Assembly (NCBI GenBank): GCA_013265495.1
Contig: MU058045.1
Span: 717,986 to 781,985 of the forward strand
From: Vicugna vicugna
Taxonomy: Eukaryota
Direction: 5' to 3'
DNA: 64,000 nucleotides
Below the pieces are notes generated by a model, which saw only the letters and a list, made by a program, of their open reading frames with translations, was not told the origin of the DNA and did no database searches. Positions 46,901 to 58,617 of this stretch are shown here, piece after piece. Position numbers and translations under genes: made by a program. Positions within the stretch are counted from its first letter, which is position 1. Each line of letters opens with the position of its first letter.

Positions 46901-49900
46901 AAGGACACTGGAGCCGGGATCAGAAACAGCTTTCCTAAGTCTCTGCAGAAAGCGCCAGTCCTGCTGGAATGGTTTTCCATCAAGCAGACAAAACTGAAAA
47001 AAACCAGTGCCAAGCAAGAGACCCTGAGATTTTTGGGGTGCTGCCCCAGGCAACCCTAAGTGCTCTGCTCAGAGCAGGTTGGTTTTCCGGGATGCAAGTT
47101 AACACCAAGCATGATTTTAGAAATCAGACCAGAGTTCAATCACTCTCGCTGCTTCTGCTAAATCTCCCTTTGGGAAAACCGTGGTGATGTTTTGGTCAAA
47201 AAGATGTCTCAGACATGGAGCCCCAGCCAGCAGGGGGTCCTGACAGTGGTGGGGTCTCCCCTGGCACCCCACTTCTCTTCTAACCCTTCTCCCACCCTCA
47301 CCCATCACGTACCACGACAGAACATAGACCTGAAAGATGTATTTTTGTCGTTGGGAAATTTCCAAATCTCTGTTTCACATTTAAGCAAACAAACGAGATG
47401 GGAGTATTTTTCCTTGACTTATTCAATTTTTGTTTAACCTACTAAAGCTAAGCGAGGCTGCGTTTTTCTTGTAGATGCATCCTATTCAACGGATGCAGGG
47501 ACGTGGCTTTCTATTGAGCCAAGAATCTCTGTCAGGGCGCAAGAGATGTGTAGTTTGGGAAAAACAGAGAAAGGTCTAATTTTGTCTTTAAAGAATGAAG
47601 GAAACATATCATTTTCATAATAAACCACAGACAGGATGTGAAATGCACCTGTTCCTCAAAGGAGGAGAAATGGGGACAGTGAGAGGGACCAACAGATCAG
47701 GGAGGGAGGGGCAGCATCACTGTCACAGAAAACTCCAGGTGTTACCAGGCTCCAGCTCTACCCCCAAATGTGGCCTGAGGGTCCTTTTGTCCTCTCCATG
47801 CCCTCCATTCACGGTCCTGTCCTGCTGTCCCCCACATGCTCACAGGGGAAAGGGACAGAAATCACCCACTGCTCTTTAGTGTTCACACACCCGTCTCCCT
47901 CAGGTATTTATTCTCCTTGAAACGGCTTCTGCTCCAAAGCCAGCCTCTCACCTGCTGCTGGAACTCAGAACTGCTCTTTCTTCTCCATCAGTTACAAACG
48001 CCCAGAAATGACACCGCAGGTTCACACTCCGGCCTCTCGCTGCTGCTGGATGCACATCTTCCACCTCAGACCTGGCTGGCTTTACCTGCCTGCTGGCTGG
48101 GGAAATGCGTGTCCACACCCGCAACGGTAATTGTGACAACATGCAAGCAAGATGTCTCCTCGCCAAGAGCTGTTCTGAGAAAGCCTCTGAAACATACTCT
48201 GCTGAAAAGGGAATGTGCCTGTAACTGGGACCAGGTTAGGCTGGCTGTGAATAAAAGCTAGGAATGACATGATGAGATGAACACGTGCACACGTGCACAC
48301 ACACACGTGCGTGCGGGCAATCCCTCCTGTAGCCAGAACTAACATAGCAATAATCCTTGGCTATTAAATTTGCAGATGTTTTCAAGCTGATAATCATGTA
48401 GAATAAGGAATAATTTTTCCTCTGGTCTATAACCTCCAGCATCCTATTATTTCCCCTCCTCTCCTCCAGCCAAAGGCAAAAACTCAGCCCCCTAACAAGG
48501 GGGACCAGGGGAGACGGAGGAGGGAGAACCTCAGTGAGTGGGTCTCTCGGTTAACCCCTAATAACGCTCCCAGCTTGCAGTTCCATGAAGAAGGTGATAC
48601 CGGGGTGACCCTCCATCCCAGGCAAGCCTTCTCCAGGAGAAGAGGCCAAAGAGGGTCTAGAGCAGCAAGCACAGGCTCGGGCCCCGGCCTGGAGCAGGTG
48701 CCCACGGACCGCTGCAGGAAATCACTTCTCAGACCTCGAGAGCCCTAGCCCAGACGGACGTGCCTAACTATGTTTTTTTTACTGTGGACTATCAGGCAGA
48801 AAGCAGTTATTTTTAGCTGTCACCATCCCACCCCCCCCTTTTTTTAAGCATGAATATCTTGCTTCTTACTCATCCTGCTACAGCAATCTACCCAAAGGGA
48901 ACCCACTGTCCTTCGTATCCGATCAGCTCAAATGTCACTTCTTCAGGAATCCTCTCCACTCCCCTGCCGCCTGGTGATACTGCCATTCAGAACAAGAAAT
49001 ACACGTTTGGTCTCGTGGCCCAGAGCTCCTAAAACCCTTGAAATTTCCCAAGTGATATGGGCAAGAAGAAAGGTGAAAGGAGCATCTCTGCTATTCATAA
49101 CAAGCGCCACCGGCCACACCTGCTTTCTGCTAATGAGCAGACACCTGGAAAGCCCCCAGATAAAAGCACAGGGAGGGGGCTGGGTGCCAGTGGGACCAGC
49201 CAGGTTGGCTCAGCTCCACCCCCACCTCTTGGCAAAAGAAGGGGGCCAGAGGTTAAGTTCATCACAGCTGGCAGTGACTGGATCAGTGGCCCCTGCATAT
49301 GGTACCTCCAGAGAGACCCTAGCAGAGGAGGTTGGGAGAGCTTCCAGGCTGGTGACCAGAGGGGCTGCTGGGAGGGCGGTGCACCCAGAGACGGCATGAG
49401 AGCCCCAAGCCCCTTCCCACACGCCTTGCTCAATGCATCTCCCATTTTGCTGCTCCTCAGTCATATCCTTTCCAAATAAACTGCTAATCTAGTAAGTAAA
49501 CTGTTTTCCTGAGTCCTGGGAGCTGCTCTAGCAAATTACTGAACCTGAGGAGGTGGTGGTAGAAACATCCAATGTATAGCCAGCTGGTCCGAAGCACAGG
49601 TGACGACCGGGGACTTGTGATGGGTGACTGGTGGGGAGGCAGCCCTGGGGGCTGAGCGCTGACCCTGTGGGGTCCGTGCTCACTCTGAGGGGATGGTGTC
49701 AGAATGGAGTTAAGTCATCAGATGCTCAGTGGGTGTCCGGAGAGAGCTGCAGGAGTGTCTGTGGGGGCGAACACGCACACGCCTGGGGCCAGATGTGTGG
49801 TGAGTGTGGTGGTGGTCAAAAGCAATGTAAAGGGAGACAGGAGTTTCTTCCCCTTTCACATTCATAACACACACGTCAAAGCTCCCTCAGTTTTCCCTTC

Positions 49901-52900
49901 AAAGCACTCGCCAGCTCTATAAGGAGGTAAAAATCCAGGCATCTCCTTAGATTCTCATGGTCCCCTCTGTCCCTCCACCCCTCCCCTTAAATCCTGGCAA
50001 GTCCTGCTGCCCCTACATCCCAAACACGGTCCCCACCCACCCACTTCTCTCCATCACCACCTCATGGTCCCAGCCGCCACTGTTCTCCCACTGGGAGGCC
50101 AGTGCAACATCGTTGCTCCTGCTCCCGGTCCTGCCCCCTTCATCACCAAAACAACCAGCCAGTCTCTAAACTGGTAACTACACCACACCCTGCTTTAAAC
50201 TCTTCAGTGGCTTCCTATGCCTTTGAGACTATAACCCACGCTTGGACTGGACACCAGCACCACCAGGTCACCGTCCACCTCTCTGGCCTCACCTCCCATC
50301 CCTCACCACTCTGCAGCTCTCTGCTCCTCGAACTGGCCAAGACCATTCCAATCCCGAGCCCCGGGCTGTTTTTCCTACCTGGAGCACCCTATCCCCAAGT
50401 ATTTGAATGACTGGCTCCTTGTCACTCAGCTCGAGGCTCAAGAGTCCCCTCTGAAAAGAAGCCTCCTCCATCACCTCATCTAAGGTTGGCTGCCTCCCCC
50501 ATCTCCCAGGTGACACGCATCGTTATCACCAATGGCCTGTTGCGAGTGTGTCATCTGACACCTCCCCAGCAGAACGTGAGTCCTTGAGAGCAGGGGCTGG
50601 GTCTGATCTGCAGCCTAATTCCCAGCACCCAGAAGAGAAGCTGGCACGTAGCAGGCATGAGTTCAAAATCCAGAGAACACTGTAAGTCAGCTATGCTCCA
50701 ATAAGAACATTTAAATAAATAAATAAGTTATCCAGAGAATAAATGGATCTGTTTGGTTAGTAATTTTCTCTCTCGTGGGCAAGGAATTATGCTTCTCACT
50801 GTAGCCGCTGGGCCAAGCCCAACCTCCGATGCTCAAGGATGTGAAAGAAGGAAAGGAAAAGAGTGTGTGTGGACAAGAGGGGAAGAGGGTGGAGAGCACC
50901 GAGTGAGCGGAGAAGTGAGTATTGTATTGCATGGGGGCACCAGCAAGTGCTACCTGGAGGCAGTTATGGGGACCCTTCCCCGAGCTCTAACATACCCTCG
51001 CCTTACATCTCCCAATCTCTCCTTCTAGATGCTCTTTTCCCTCCTCCTCTATTCTTATCCTCTGTCTCCTTAGTTTGCTTTCAAGCTGCCTCTGCTTTGA
51101 GTACCTGGAGATTAGACAGAGGCCCTACAAGCAGCTTCCATGGCCCAAAAAAGCTTAGTAGACACAAAATCTAGGTTTCCTCTGTGCAAACCTCATAGTA
51201 TATCATCGCTTCTCTCAGGAAATCACGGGGCCTCTCTTCATGGACAACGAGAGTAGGGCTCATTTAGAAGAGATTTTAATTACCCCATATACCAAGCGAC
51301 CAAGGGCAGGAGGAGAGCCCCAGGGTCACTGTGGCTGTCACTCAAGGTCATGTGAGGTCCTCCATGGTCAGGCAGAGTGAGAGAACTTAATTGCTGTGGA
51401 TTTTCTGTTCTAGTGGGAAAGCAGCTTTGGTATTCTTCCAAAGTGTGTCCGAAACTACTTGGTCTTCCTAAATAAACAGTCACCTCAAAGACAGTGATCG
51501 TATATATTATGGTATGTTATGGTATCGTCCAAAATATATTATGGGTGATCATTGAATATAATATAAATCCTAAATCAGAACAGTTTCTGGGCAATTTTAA
51601 GTCATCTGCTCCTTTCCAAATACAAAGAATACAAATCGCCCCAAAAGACAAAAGGAAATGGCCGTTAAGTCAATGAATTCTAGAAGGCTGAATAATTGCT
51701 ACTTTGTTTGAAGTAAATAAGAGATAAAACCCAACAGGAGGCTTATGGAAAAGACGGCAGAGCAAAGGATAAAGAAGAGTGTCCAGGAGACTCAGAGGAA
51801 AGCATACCTCAGAAAATGATTTAACGCAACATCCAGAAGAAGAATATAAAAACCTGTCTTGGTGTCCATAATGGAGATCAGGAGGGCAGAGCTGCTGTGC
51901 ATGAAGTAACAGCAGAACATCACAAGAAAAGAGCGAGGTCAGATGGAGAATCACCCAAGAGGAAGAATCATAAAGAAAGCAGAAGCAGGACTTGTCCATC
52001 AGAGATTTATCAAAGGTCAGTCCTGGTTCCGCCGTTTACAATGTATCCTCCCAAAATGCCCGACCTTCCAGATGGTAACCCATCTCCTAAGGCACTGGTA
52101 AGGATTAAATTTAAAAATATCTGGGCAAGCATCCATGCAGCCAGTGGCTCCCCCTAAATCCTGATCACCGTGCTCATTCCCACCTCGGATTGGGGTTCAT
52201 GCTTATTGAATCCGTTTCCACCCTTTCAATCCTGTTCATCCTACAGAACTCATCAGAAGGTGCACCTCCTCCGCGAAGCCCGGGGTAGGTGAGGGTTTCT
52301 CCCCTTTCAGAGCTCTCCCTGCAGTCAGTGCTCGCACTAAAACACTGTCACATTGGAAAATGGTCTGCCTTAAGTCAGTCTCTGAACTACCGTATGTAAA
52401 AGCCCAAAGAGGACACAGACTTTCTGAAGTCAGAGTCTACAATCAGTAGATTTTTTTTAAGAACTCCATTATGCTGGGAAATCTTGAACTAGAAATAACT
52501 TGTGAAACTGGGATATCTGGCGATAAAGAACAAAGAGGAAAGATCTCATCCACTTCTGAATGATGTCCTGCTGGGGGGATCTTGGCCTCCACAGTCATAC
52601 TCTGTAGAACCACCCACCCATCACCCCATCACCTTTCCTTCAAGGAGGGACGGAAGGTCAGGAGCCAGCAAGAAAGGAAATAAGTACTGAAGGTCAGAGA
52701 CAATAGGAGTGACTGGCTCACTGGGATTTATAATGGGAGAGAGAAGCGTGTTTATGGTTCTACAGTTTTGTAATCTCGGGGTAGACCTGGCAATGGGAGG
52801 CTGGTTGCCAGCATCCAAGTTTTCTGAACCCCTAAGTGACAAATTCTAAACACACCCCATTCTTACCTATATTGTGCTTGAAAGTGGCTTTGCACAAAAC

Positions 52901-55900
52901 TTTGGCCTAAAGAAAGCGCAGCCGAGGGGGACAGGGCGTTCTCAGAGGTTTTCCTGGCTTCAGGCTGAAGCTGCAAAGAAACGAGGAGAGGAAGCAAGAT
53001 TAGATGTGCCTCCCATCACTACGCAGCCTACGGCCTCCTCCTGGGTCCACAGCATCCCTCCGGGGCCCAGACCTGCAGAGCCAGAACCTTCCATGTTGTC
53101 TTACCGTTAATTCACCGCCCCTTCAATCCCTGGGGCCCCCAAATTCCCTGAGAGAGAGACCGGGCATGTGCTGAAGGAGCAGAAGTGAAGCCTGAGCGCC
53201 GGCGAGCGCTGACGCATACTCACCCGGTCCCCACCGCTCCCTCGGATTACCCGGTCCTCTCCCGCCCTCCTGCTGGGCCCCCTGTGTCTAGATGCCTCCT
53301 GTACATCTCACTCCAAATACACCCACACCAAATCTGCCCATCTTCCACGTTCCGGTCCACACTTTCCGGGGAGCCAGTCTTCACACTAGCATCAACTTTC
53401 TCAGACAAACCAGGACCAGGTTTGCCTCAGAACAATGCACCGGCCTCCTCCCCTCTTCCACAGTCAGTCCTCTTGTGTCCTTCTTTGCATTCCCGTATGT
53501 ATTAATTTCCTGTTGCGGCTCCAGCAAACTACCACAAACGAGTTGCTTGGAACAACAGAACTGTACTCTTGCACAGGTCTCACCAGACATCCAAAATCAG
53601 TATCATGAGGCCAAAACCAAGGTGTCAGCAAGAGCGTATAAGTGTTTGTCGTTGTTCCAGGATGGGGCGTATCTGACGGGTTTTGAACCTAAGTGGTACC
53701 TATGTGCACAGAGACAGGCTGTAACCTGACAGCCAAGCACACGATTGAGGAGGGGGAGTCTGGAGCCAGGACACAGAATAGGAGGCTCAATGGTCTGCGT
53801 CCCCACAGGGTGGCTAGAGTAGGAGCTGTGAAAATAAGGAGGAGGAATGGACTCAGTCCAGTCACCCTGTGGACACAGCCCGTAGCTGCGCACCAGAAGA
53901 GGGAGGATATATGCGGCGCCAACTCCCAGCTTCCAGCCTGGTGGCTGGAGAACTCCTGTTCCATTAACAGAGGAGGGAAAGTCAAAAGGAGACAGTAGGT
54001 TGGGGAGGAGGGGCGGGCACGCTGAAGTCGAGGGTCATTGACCCCAGGGCAGGCACCTAACGGCAGGCAGAAGGCTCGGAGGAGTGACAGAGAACCTGGA
54101 TGCAGAGCGGACATTAGCATTTTGGGGCTGCCCGGGACTGACTCCTCTTCTTTGGGAAGAGCCTCCCCTGCTTTGGGAACATAGAATCCAGTCCATGGGG
54201 AGGCGGGGAAGGCTTTTTAATCAGGCATCCTGCCCTCCCTTACCAAAGGGACAGGCACATGACCCAACCAGACAGAGGTGATGTTCCTGCCCCGTGTGTC
54301 AATCATGGGCAGAGAGACCAAAAGGCTGCAAAGAGTGACTCTAGCGGAAGCGTCCAGGCTGGAGGATTGAGCCATTCCTGCCACCAAGATGCCCCCAGCC
54401 CAGAGCTGTCTGGTTCTTGATGGTTCCAAGCCCGGCTTCAGCCTTCCCTTGGAGTCTACGACACACACCCCGCACTTCCTGTCTGAGTCAGCTGAAGCTG
54501 GCTGCTGCTCCTTGCAACCCAAGACCTCATGATGATACGGGCTGCTTCTCTGTCAAGATGATGGCACGGCATGCTTTGGAAGGGGCTGGGATGGGATCAT
54601 CTGAGGCTGGGTCTGGAAAGAGAAAATCCCGAACGAGGTTGGGGTAAGAGACAGCAGAGGGTCATTCACAGAGCAGGGACCACGAGGTCAGACCAGGCTG
54701 GCTGACTCCACTATCCCAGTGACCCTGAATCTCTCCCTGAGCCTTGTTCTGCATCTAAAAGGAATAGGAATATCACATCCAGCTGGATGGAGCCATCATT
54801 TAAATCCAAAAGAGGGGGGCGGGTGGTAGAGCTCAGTGGCAGAACGTGTGCTTAGCATGCACGAGGTCCTGGGCTCAAGCCCCTGTACCTCCATTTAAAA
54901 AGGCAATCAATCCATCAAAAAAGATACAGGTATCCTGCCTGGCATACAGTAGGTGCTTAATAAATGTTAGCTTCCTGGTCTTGCCCCAGCCCCATTCCTT
55001 CCTTACTTCTGCATGAGTGGTGTTTTCTGTAAGATCACCTGCCAAAATGGCTTCTTGTGTCACAGCATCTAAAGTGAGTAAAAAGACCCCATTTCCACCA
55101 GATGAACACATCTATCATTGCGTTAATAGAGAAGAAAGTGGTCCTTATGTTTTTTATTCCCAGTTTCAAATCAATCGAGCTACATGGCTTTCATATGTTT
55201 CAAAACAGAAATAACCTCAGAAAGAAAAATTGTTCAGTTACACAGAGGACAGTCCCTTTCCTTCTTGGAAACAGAAAACGAAGTTCGTGCCAAACAGTCC
55301 AACAGCTCTGCTCTTTTACCTTCAAGCGTTCACAGCCAGGCCTCCGCGGGCAGCCCGATTTTCTGAGAGCAAATTTCTAGAGAGGCTTTGACCCCGGACA
55401 GAGAAAAGGATCTTTTCTGGTTTCAATCAGGTCAAATGAAGAGCCAGAGAGAGGAGGTTGCCGGAGACTCAGATTAGAGTCTCCTTCAACCGGGCAGAAG
55501 TTGAGTGACCTGAACAACTTAAGCTCCGTTTCCCTTAGCCGGGACACTCGAGCTACCCTCTCAAGCATTAAGACATGATAAATACCTAATTGTTTCAACC
55601 ACTGCAGAGTTTATGAGCGTATCCTATGTGTCAGGAGCGAAGTCGGGCCTGAAAGCATCACTTCAGGTGCCTGGCACATGACACATCTCAGTAAACAGTA
55701 TCTCTCTCTTTTTTAATACATCGTTCTGATTTCAAAATGTGTTCACACTAAGATTGTGGATTACACTGTAGCGACATGTTTATCTGCTCAGCATTCCCTT
55801 CCTGGGAGAAGTAACCTGCCCCAACTCTACAGAAGCTGTCCTTGGCCCACGTGATTTCGGTGGCACTCACGCCACGGGCATGTGACCAATATGCCCAATC

Positions 55901-58219
55901 AGAATATTCCATCCTGGTGGCCACCTGCCCAGGGGTGGACATGTGAGCCAAGCTACAACAACTGGGCTCCTTCATGGGCTTTTTCTGGAATCCCAGGTGG
56001 AAAAGGCTATATGAGCATTGCAGGGGCCCATCTTGCCACTGTCTGCACACAGCCAATCTAAGAATGGAGAGTCAAAGAGATAAAGAGCCAAAGACCTAGG
56101 GACATCATCTGCGTCCTTAGATCCAGCCTTACCTGAAGCCGGCTCAGCCCTTGCACTTACAAGTTCTAAAAGCCAATAAATGCCCTCTCCTTAAGTTTGA
56201 CCAAGTTAAATTTCTGTCACTTGCAACTAAAAGGGTCTGAGTTAGATAAACAGAAAATCATAGTACGTGTATGAAAACTCACCCATAACCCCACAACCCA
56301 GAGAAAACACCATAACCTTTGAGGGTCTGGTCCTCCCAGGTTCTGTTTGATGATGCTTTTGCTTTGCTTCATTTGTGTCTTTTGGAGTGAATGAGGTGGT
56401 TCTTTCTAAAAATAAGAAAACCAGCTTTCCAGCCAGTCCTCCTTCGACTTGAATCCTGATTCTGTCTCTTCTTAAGCTGTGCTGCTTTGGGAAGGTTATC
56501 CACCTCTCTGAATCTTGGGTTACCTATAAAATGGGGATAATAACTCTAGCCACACTCCACAAATGGCAGCAGTTACTCACACTGGGTACAACACTCCAAG
56601 ATGTGATCTGAGGAGTACAGAATACTATACAATCATTATCTCCCCCGTCCCAGGCATTTGGCAACCTGCTATCTCAGACTTGAGAACTGTTTTTGCAGCT
56701 CTGCCAGGCTCTTAGCTTCTACATTATGTTGTTTTAGATAGGTCTATTCTTATTCAAGACATACATGGTTACATTCTCCTTTTCTTAAAGGTACAACTTG
56801 TCATTTTCAAAGAGAGAGAAAGACAGGTAACAGCTGGCTATACAGACAAGAAGATGACTCAGCTTCCTGAGCCACTTTATTTTCAAATAAACATTGCATA
56901 TATTTAAAGGGTGCTGCAGGATGACTTGACTTACGTCTACACAGTGAAATGATCACTTCCAGCGAGCTAACCAACACAGCCATCTCCTCACATAGTTACC
57001 TCTTCTGTGTGGGGTGCGAGCACCTGAACTCTACTTTTAGCAAATTTCCGGCATTCAGTACAGTACTATTCGCGGTTGTCATCCTGCTGAACGCCAGGTA
57101 CCTGGACTTATCCCTCCCACACCACTGGCACTGCCGTTCAGTCTTCACTTCTCTAGAATGCTGGGCCCCAAGCAGGTAATGAAAGGATGAAGAAGTGACG
57201 GGTGAAAGATTTAAACACTTCCAAAGGGCTTTTTAATTGACTCACAGGAGGGATGGGAAAAAATGTCCAGACTTAACACAAACAAACTAGCAAAGCAGTT
57301 CTTGCAGCTGCACCTGGATCGGTTTGGAGACACATCAAGAGGAACACATGACGGATTAATTACCAAAGCTTGCGAAACACTTTTTTAAATTACAGCAGAT
57401 TATTCGTGGATACTGTGGGAGTAACTTTGCTCTCTCATGGGATAATAACTTCTAAGCTTTTACATTTTTAAGTGAGAGATGAAAGGACAGCATTAGAGCA
57501 GAACTCATCACTGATCTTTATTTAGCAAAGCCCATAGAGAACACAGCTGATGTGACGATTAACCGTGGTTATTATGAGTGATCGTAGGGCTCTCTTATTC
57601 TCAAGGGCTTGAGGTTTCATCCAAATCTGGGAACGCTAAGTGCACACATGGAAAGATTATCCATCCTGTGTCTTGAGAAAAAGACTGGGAGTCGCTGCTC
57701 CGTAGGATGAGTGAGAAAGCAAGGGGAGAGTTAAAATGGTACCACCTGAAAATAACAAACTATGGCACGATGGCCTCGGCTGACCATACCAAAGCCTAGG
57801 ATATTGACAAAAAGGAGATTTTTCAAACTTTAAACCAAACAGAAACCCTCATTCATTGTCTCGCTGGGATTAAAGAGGATGAGGTGCTGCAATGGGAGGA
57901 AATGCCTGGTCTTAACACAAACGGGGTTCAGAGGAAGGAGCAAGGAACGGTGCTGTGTGTGCGGTGGCCAGAGTACACACAAATCTAAGAATCTGGGTTT
58001 CCAGATTTAGTTTTGAGGAGCTGAGCAAATATGCAAGGGAGAAGAAAAGGAAATCCAACACCGTGTGTGGTTTCGAGGGTGACCGACCTGGTCAGACCCC
58101 GGCCCGCAGGACGAGCCCTCCAGGTCCTCGTGCACGCGGTCCAGCAGCCAGAGCAGGAACTCCAGGGCGTCGTGCTGCGAGCTGCCTTGGAACTGAGAGC
58201 CGTACTTGGACACAGCATT
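19128..58219 (-). CDS. USP43: Ubiquitin-specific peptidase 43, coding exons 2-15 (5' partial; exon 1 lies beyond 64000)
   Basis: 14 exons total 2922 nt in frame with canonical splice sites. USP motifs QHDALEFL, two CPHC Zn ligands, LPDILIIHLKRF, His box YAVCNHHGSLQGGHYTAY and WYSYDD are present; the C-terminus ...SLGRKKMLPESSL* matches recalled USP43. Confidence 0.96.
21040..21790 (+). mobile_element. Older L1 (ORF2 C-terminal remnant plus L1MB-like 3' end) with a nested younger L1 tail at 21605-21734
   Basis: ORF 21165 (INKWKHISRSRTGRFHMVKMSVLPKAIYGVNATPIKIP) is L1 ORF2-like; the nested insert is flanked by the 10-bp TSD AATGGTTAAG. Confidence 0.85.
23380..24140 (+). mobile_element. Degenerate L1/HAL1 ORF1-like fragment
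   Basis: A-rich; the ...CAACCCAAGAGCGCTGCCCCAGCCAAGTTG segment resembles the ORF1 'PRILYPAKL' region. Confidence 0.5.
24848..25535 (+). mobile_element. Young L1 3' end (ORF2 tail plus 3'UTR) with internal (CA)n
   Basis: GACCCAGCAATCCCACTC...GCCAAGACATGGAAGCAACCTAAA...CACAGGGAACTATATTCAATATC...A-tail. Confidence 0.9.
27767..27931 (-). CDS. USP43: USP43 exon 14 (GSTSSSLSDHWLHRLGSSNSSTRGSLLSWSS...RQEK)
   Basis: 165 nt; acceptor tccgcag|, donor AGG|GTACGT. Confidence 0.94.
28795..28953 (-). CDS. USP43: USP43 exon 13 (AYCRNSLDGQWYSYDDSTVEPLLEDEVNTRGAYILFYQKRN...; catalytic Asp)
   Basis: 159 nt; acceptor ttcgcag|, donor GAG|GTAGGT. Confidence 0.96.
30543..30891 (-). CDS. USP43: USP43 exon 12 (LAQDDAWRCPHC...LPDILIIHLKRF...YAVCNHHGSLQGGHYT; catalytic His)
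   Basis: 349 nt; acceptor tttccag|, donor CAG|GTGAGC. Confidence 0.97.
30983..31109 (-). CDS. USP43: USP43 exon 11 (LFGNLREEQVQDADSVWRQQQAHQQPSCTLDECFQFYTKEEQ)
   Basis: 127 nt; canonical splice sites. Confidence 0.95.
31792..31869 (-). CDS. USP43: USP43 exon 10 (ALHPRRPGGPPHVKLAVEWDSGTKER)
   Basis: 78 nt; acceptor ctccctag|, donor GCG|GTGAGT. Confidence 0.93.
32145..32525 (+). mobile_element. L1MB-like 3' end
   Basis: TATTCAGCCTTAAAAAGGAAGGAAATTCTGACACA...TACACTTAAAAATGGTTAAGATGG. Confidence 0.8.
33295..34108 (-). mobile_element. MER21-like LTR, near full length
   Basis: Reverse complement aligns by eye with the copies at 13620 and 48973. Confidence 0.78.
34776..34879 (-). CDS. USP43: USP43 exon 9 (NPGSLFAIRVVGLSLACSYLSPQDSRPLCHWAVDR)
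   Basis: 104 nt; acceptor tcggcag|, donor CAG|GTAAGC. Confidence 0.94.
35437..35887 (+). mobile_element. L1MB-like 3' end
   Basis: GGTGGAAGCAACCCAAGTGTCCGTCAACAGATGAATGG...TTTTACCACAATTTAAAAAAA. Confidence 0.82.
37708..37839 (-). mobile_element. Vic-1-type SINE
   Basis: Reverse complement reads GGGAGGGTGTAGCTCAGTGGTAGAGCACATGCTTAGCATGCAT...GGTTCAACCCCCAGTACCTCC followed by a tail. Confidence 0.88.
37954..37990. repeat. (CA)n microsatellite next to the USP43 exon 8 donor
   Basis: About 18 units with one interruption. Confidence 0.95.
38001..38112 (-). CDS. USP43: USP43 exon 8 (FGPPFLIREDRAISWVQLQQCILGKVRYLMKSEAPVQ)
   Basis: 112 nt; acceptor tttccag|, donor CAG|GTCCGT. Confidence 0.95.
39135..39210. 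repeat. Near-pure AT low-complexity tract
   Basis: About 75 nt containing a single C; local palindromes such as AATAATATTATT. Confidence 0.8.
40069..40204 (-). CDS. USP43: USP43 exon 7 (...AREGQRLALPVNSETKVLILFCNLVGSGQQASR)
   Basis: 136 nt after a 101-nt intron; canonical splice sites. Confidence 0.94.
40306..40441 (-). CDS. USP43: USP43 exon 6 (VILVELYPSGLQRSFFDEEDLNTIAEGDNVYAFQ...)
   Basis: 136 nt; acceptor gttccag|, donor CAG|GTACAC. Confidence 0.94.
40710..41038 (+). mobile_element. 5'-inverted (twin-primed) young L1 fragment nested in an older L1 ORF1 remnant
   Basis: Antisense segment 40710-40775, sense segment 40778-41035, TSD AAGGAGCCTAA at 40699-40709 and 41040-41050. Confidence 0.85.
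42595..42780 (+). mobile_element. Vic-1-type SINE with expanded (GAAA)/(GGAA) tail
   Basis: tRNA-Ala-like head, purine microsatellite tail, TSD CACAGTGA at 42585-42592 and 42781-42788. Confidence 0.88.
43448..43583 (-). CDS. USP43: USP43 exon 5 (FLSVTLVFPSKSQRFLRVGLAVPILSTVAALRKMVAEEGGVSADE)
   Basis: 136 nt; acceptor tttccag|, donor GAG|GTGTGG. Confidence 0.95.
43816..44090. mobile_element. MER47-like (Tigger/TcMar) non-autonomous DNA transposon
   Basis: TA|CAGAT...GGGACATCTA|TA termini and the internal AATACACCTAACCTACTGAACATCATAGC signature. Confidence 0.75.
45181..45273 (-). CDS. USP43: USP43 exon 4 (SSLTCPHCLKQSNTFDPFLCVSLPIPLRQTR)
   Basis: 93 nt; first CPHC Zn motif; canonical splice sites. 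Confidence 0.96.
45315..45855 (+). mobile_element. L1MB-like 3' end
   Basis: TTTGGCAGTTCCTC...GTGGTTGCCAGG...CTTAAAATGGCTAATTTCATG. Confidence 0.78.
46293..46531 (+). mobile_element. Young L1 3' tail inserted into a MIR (MIR spans about 46200-46620)
   Basis: GGGATAAATTAGGAGTTTGGGATTAGCAGATAC...A-tail splits the MIR core CCCATTTCACAGA | ACTGAAGCACAGAGAGGGTAAGTCACTTGCCCAAGG. Confidence 0.82.
48973..49860 (+). mobile_element. MER21-like LTR, near full length
   Basis: GTGATACTG...CAAGAAATACACGTTTGGTCT...CAGAGCTCCTAAAACCCTTG start; AATAAA at 49475-49480. Confidence 0.78.
52867..52970 (-). CDS. USP43: USP43 exon 3 (LQPEARKTSENALSPSAALSLGQSFVQSHFQAQYR)
   Basis: 104 nt; acceptor tttgcag|, donor TAG|GTAAGA. 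Confidence 0.94.
54814..54922 (+). mobile_element. Vic-1-type SINE
   Basis: AGCTCAGTGGCAGAACGTGTGCTTAGCATGCACGAGGTCCTGGGCTCAAGCCCCTGTACCTCCA followed by an A-rich tail. Confidence 0.85.
55756..56245 (+). mobile_element. Old MaLR LTR (MLT1-like)
   Basis: GATCCAGCCTTACCTGAAGCC...GCCAATAAATGCCCT...TTTCTGTCACTTGCAACTAAAAG. Confidence 0.65.
58088..58219 (-). CDS. USP43: USP43 exon 2 (NAVSKYGSQFQGSSQHDALEFLLWLLDRVHEDLEGSSCGPGSDQ)
   Basis: 132 nt; acceptor cttccag|, donor CAG|GTCGGT. Confidence 0.95.
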
Positions 58220-58617
58220 CTGGAAGGAACAGAGGGAAATTAGATGGGCAGTTTGGCCTTTCCAACAACCGGCTAAGCACCAAGTCTACCCACGGTGGCG
58301 ATTCAGCCCTGACGGGGAATGACAGCTCAAAACCCTGCGCGGCGGGAAGCAGCCTCCCCCAGGGAAGCAGTGTGAGCAGGGTTGCGGACCCAGACCACCC
58401 TCACCACGGCTAGTGGAATCAAAGGGCCTGGGCTGTTTTCTTTTCCTTTCTTTCAGTCTTTCCTTGGGATTTACAGAAAACCTTAGGATGCGCCGACACA
58501 AAATTCAAGATTTAACTGAGATGCTGGTTCTGAGTCTCTGGAACACACTAGCTTCGGTGCACAGGAGGCTCTAGTTTGGATTCTCCCCCCAGGCTTCTCT
58601 GCACTTTGACTCCCAAG

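Noticed and set aside
48280..48315. ACACGTGC/CA mixed repeat with E-box-like CACGTG units
   Set aside because: A degenerate (CA)n microsatellite; the motifs are probably slippage by-products.
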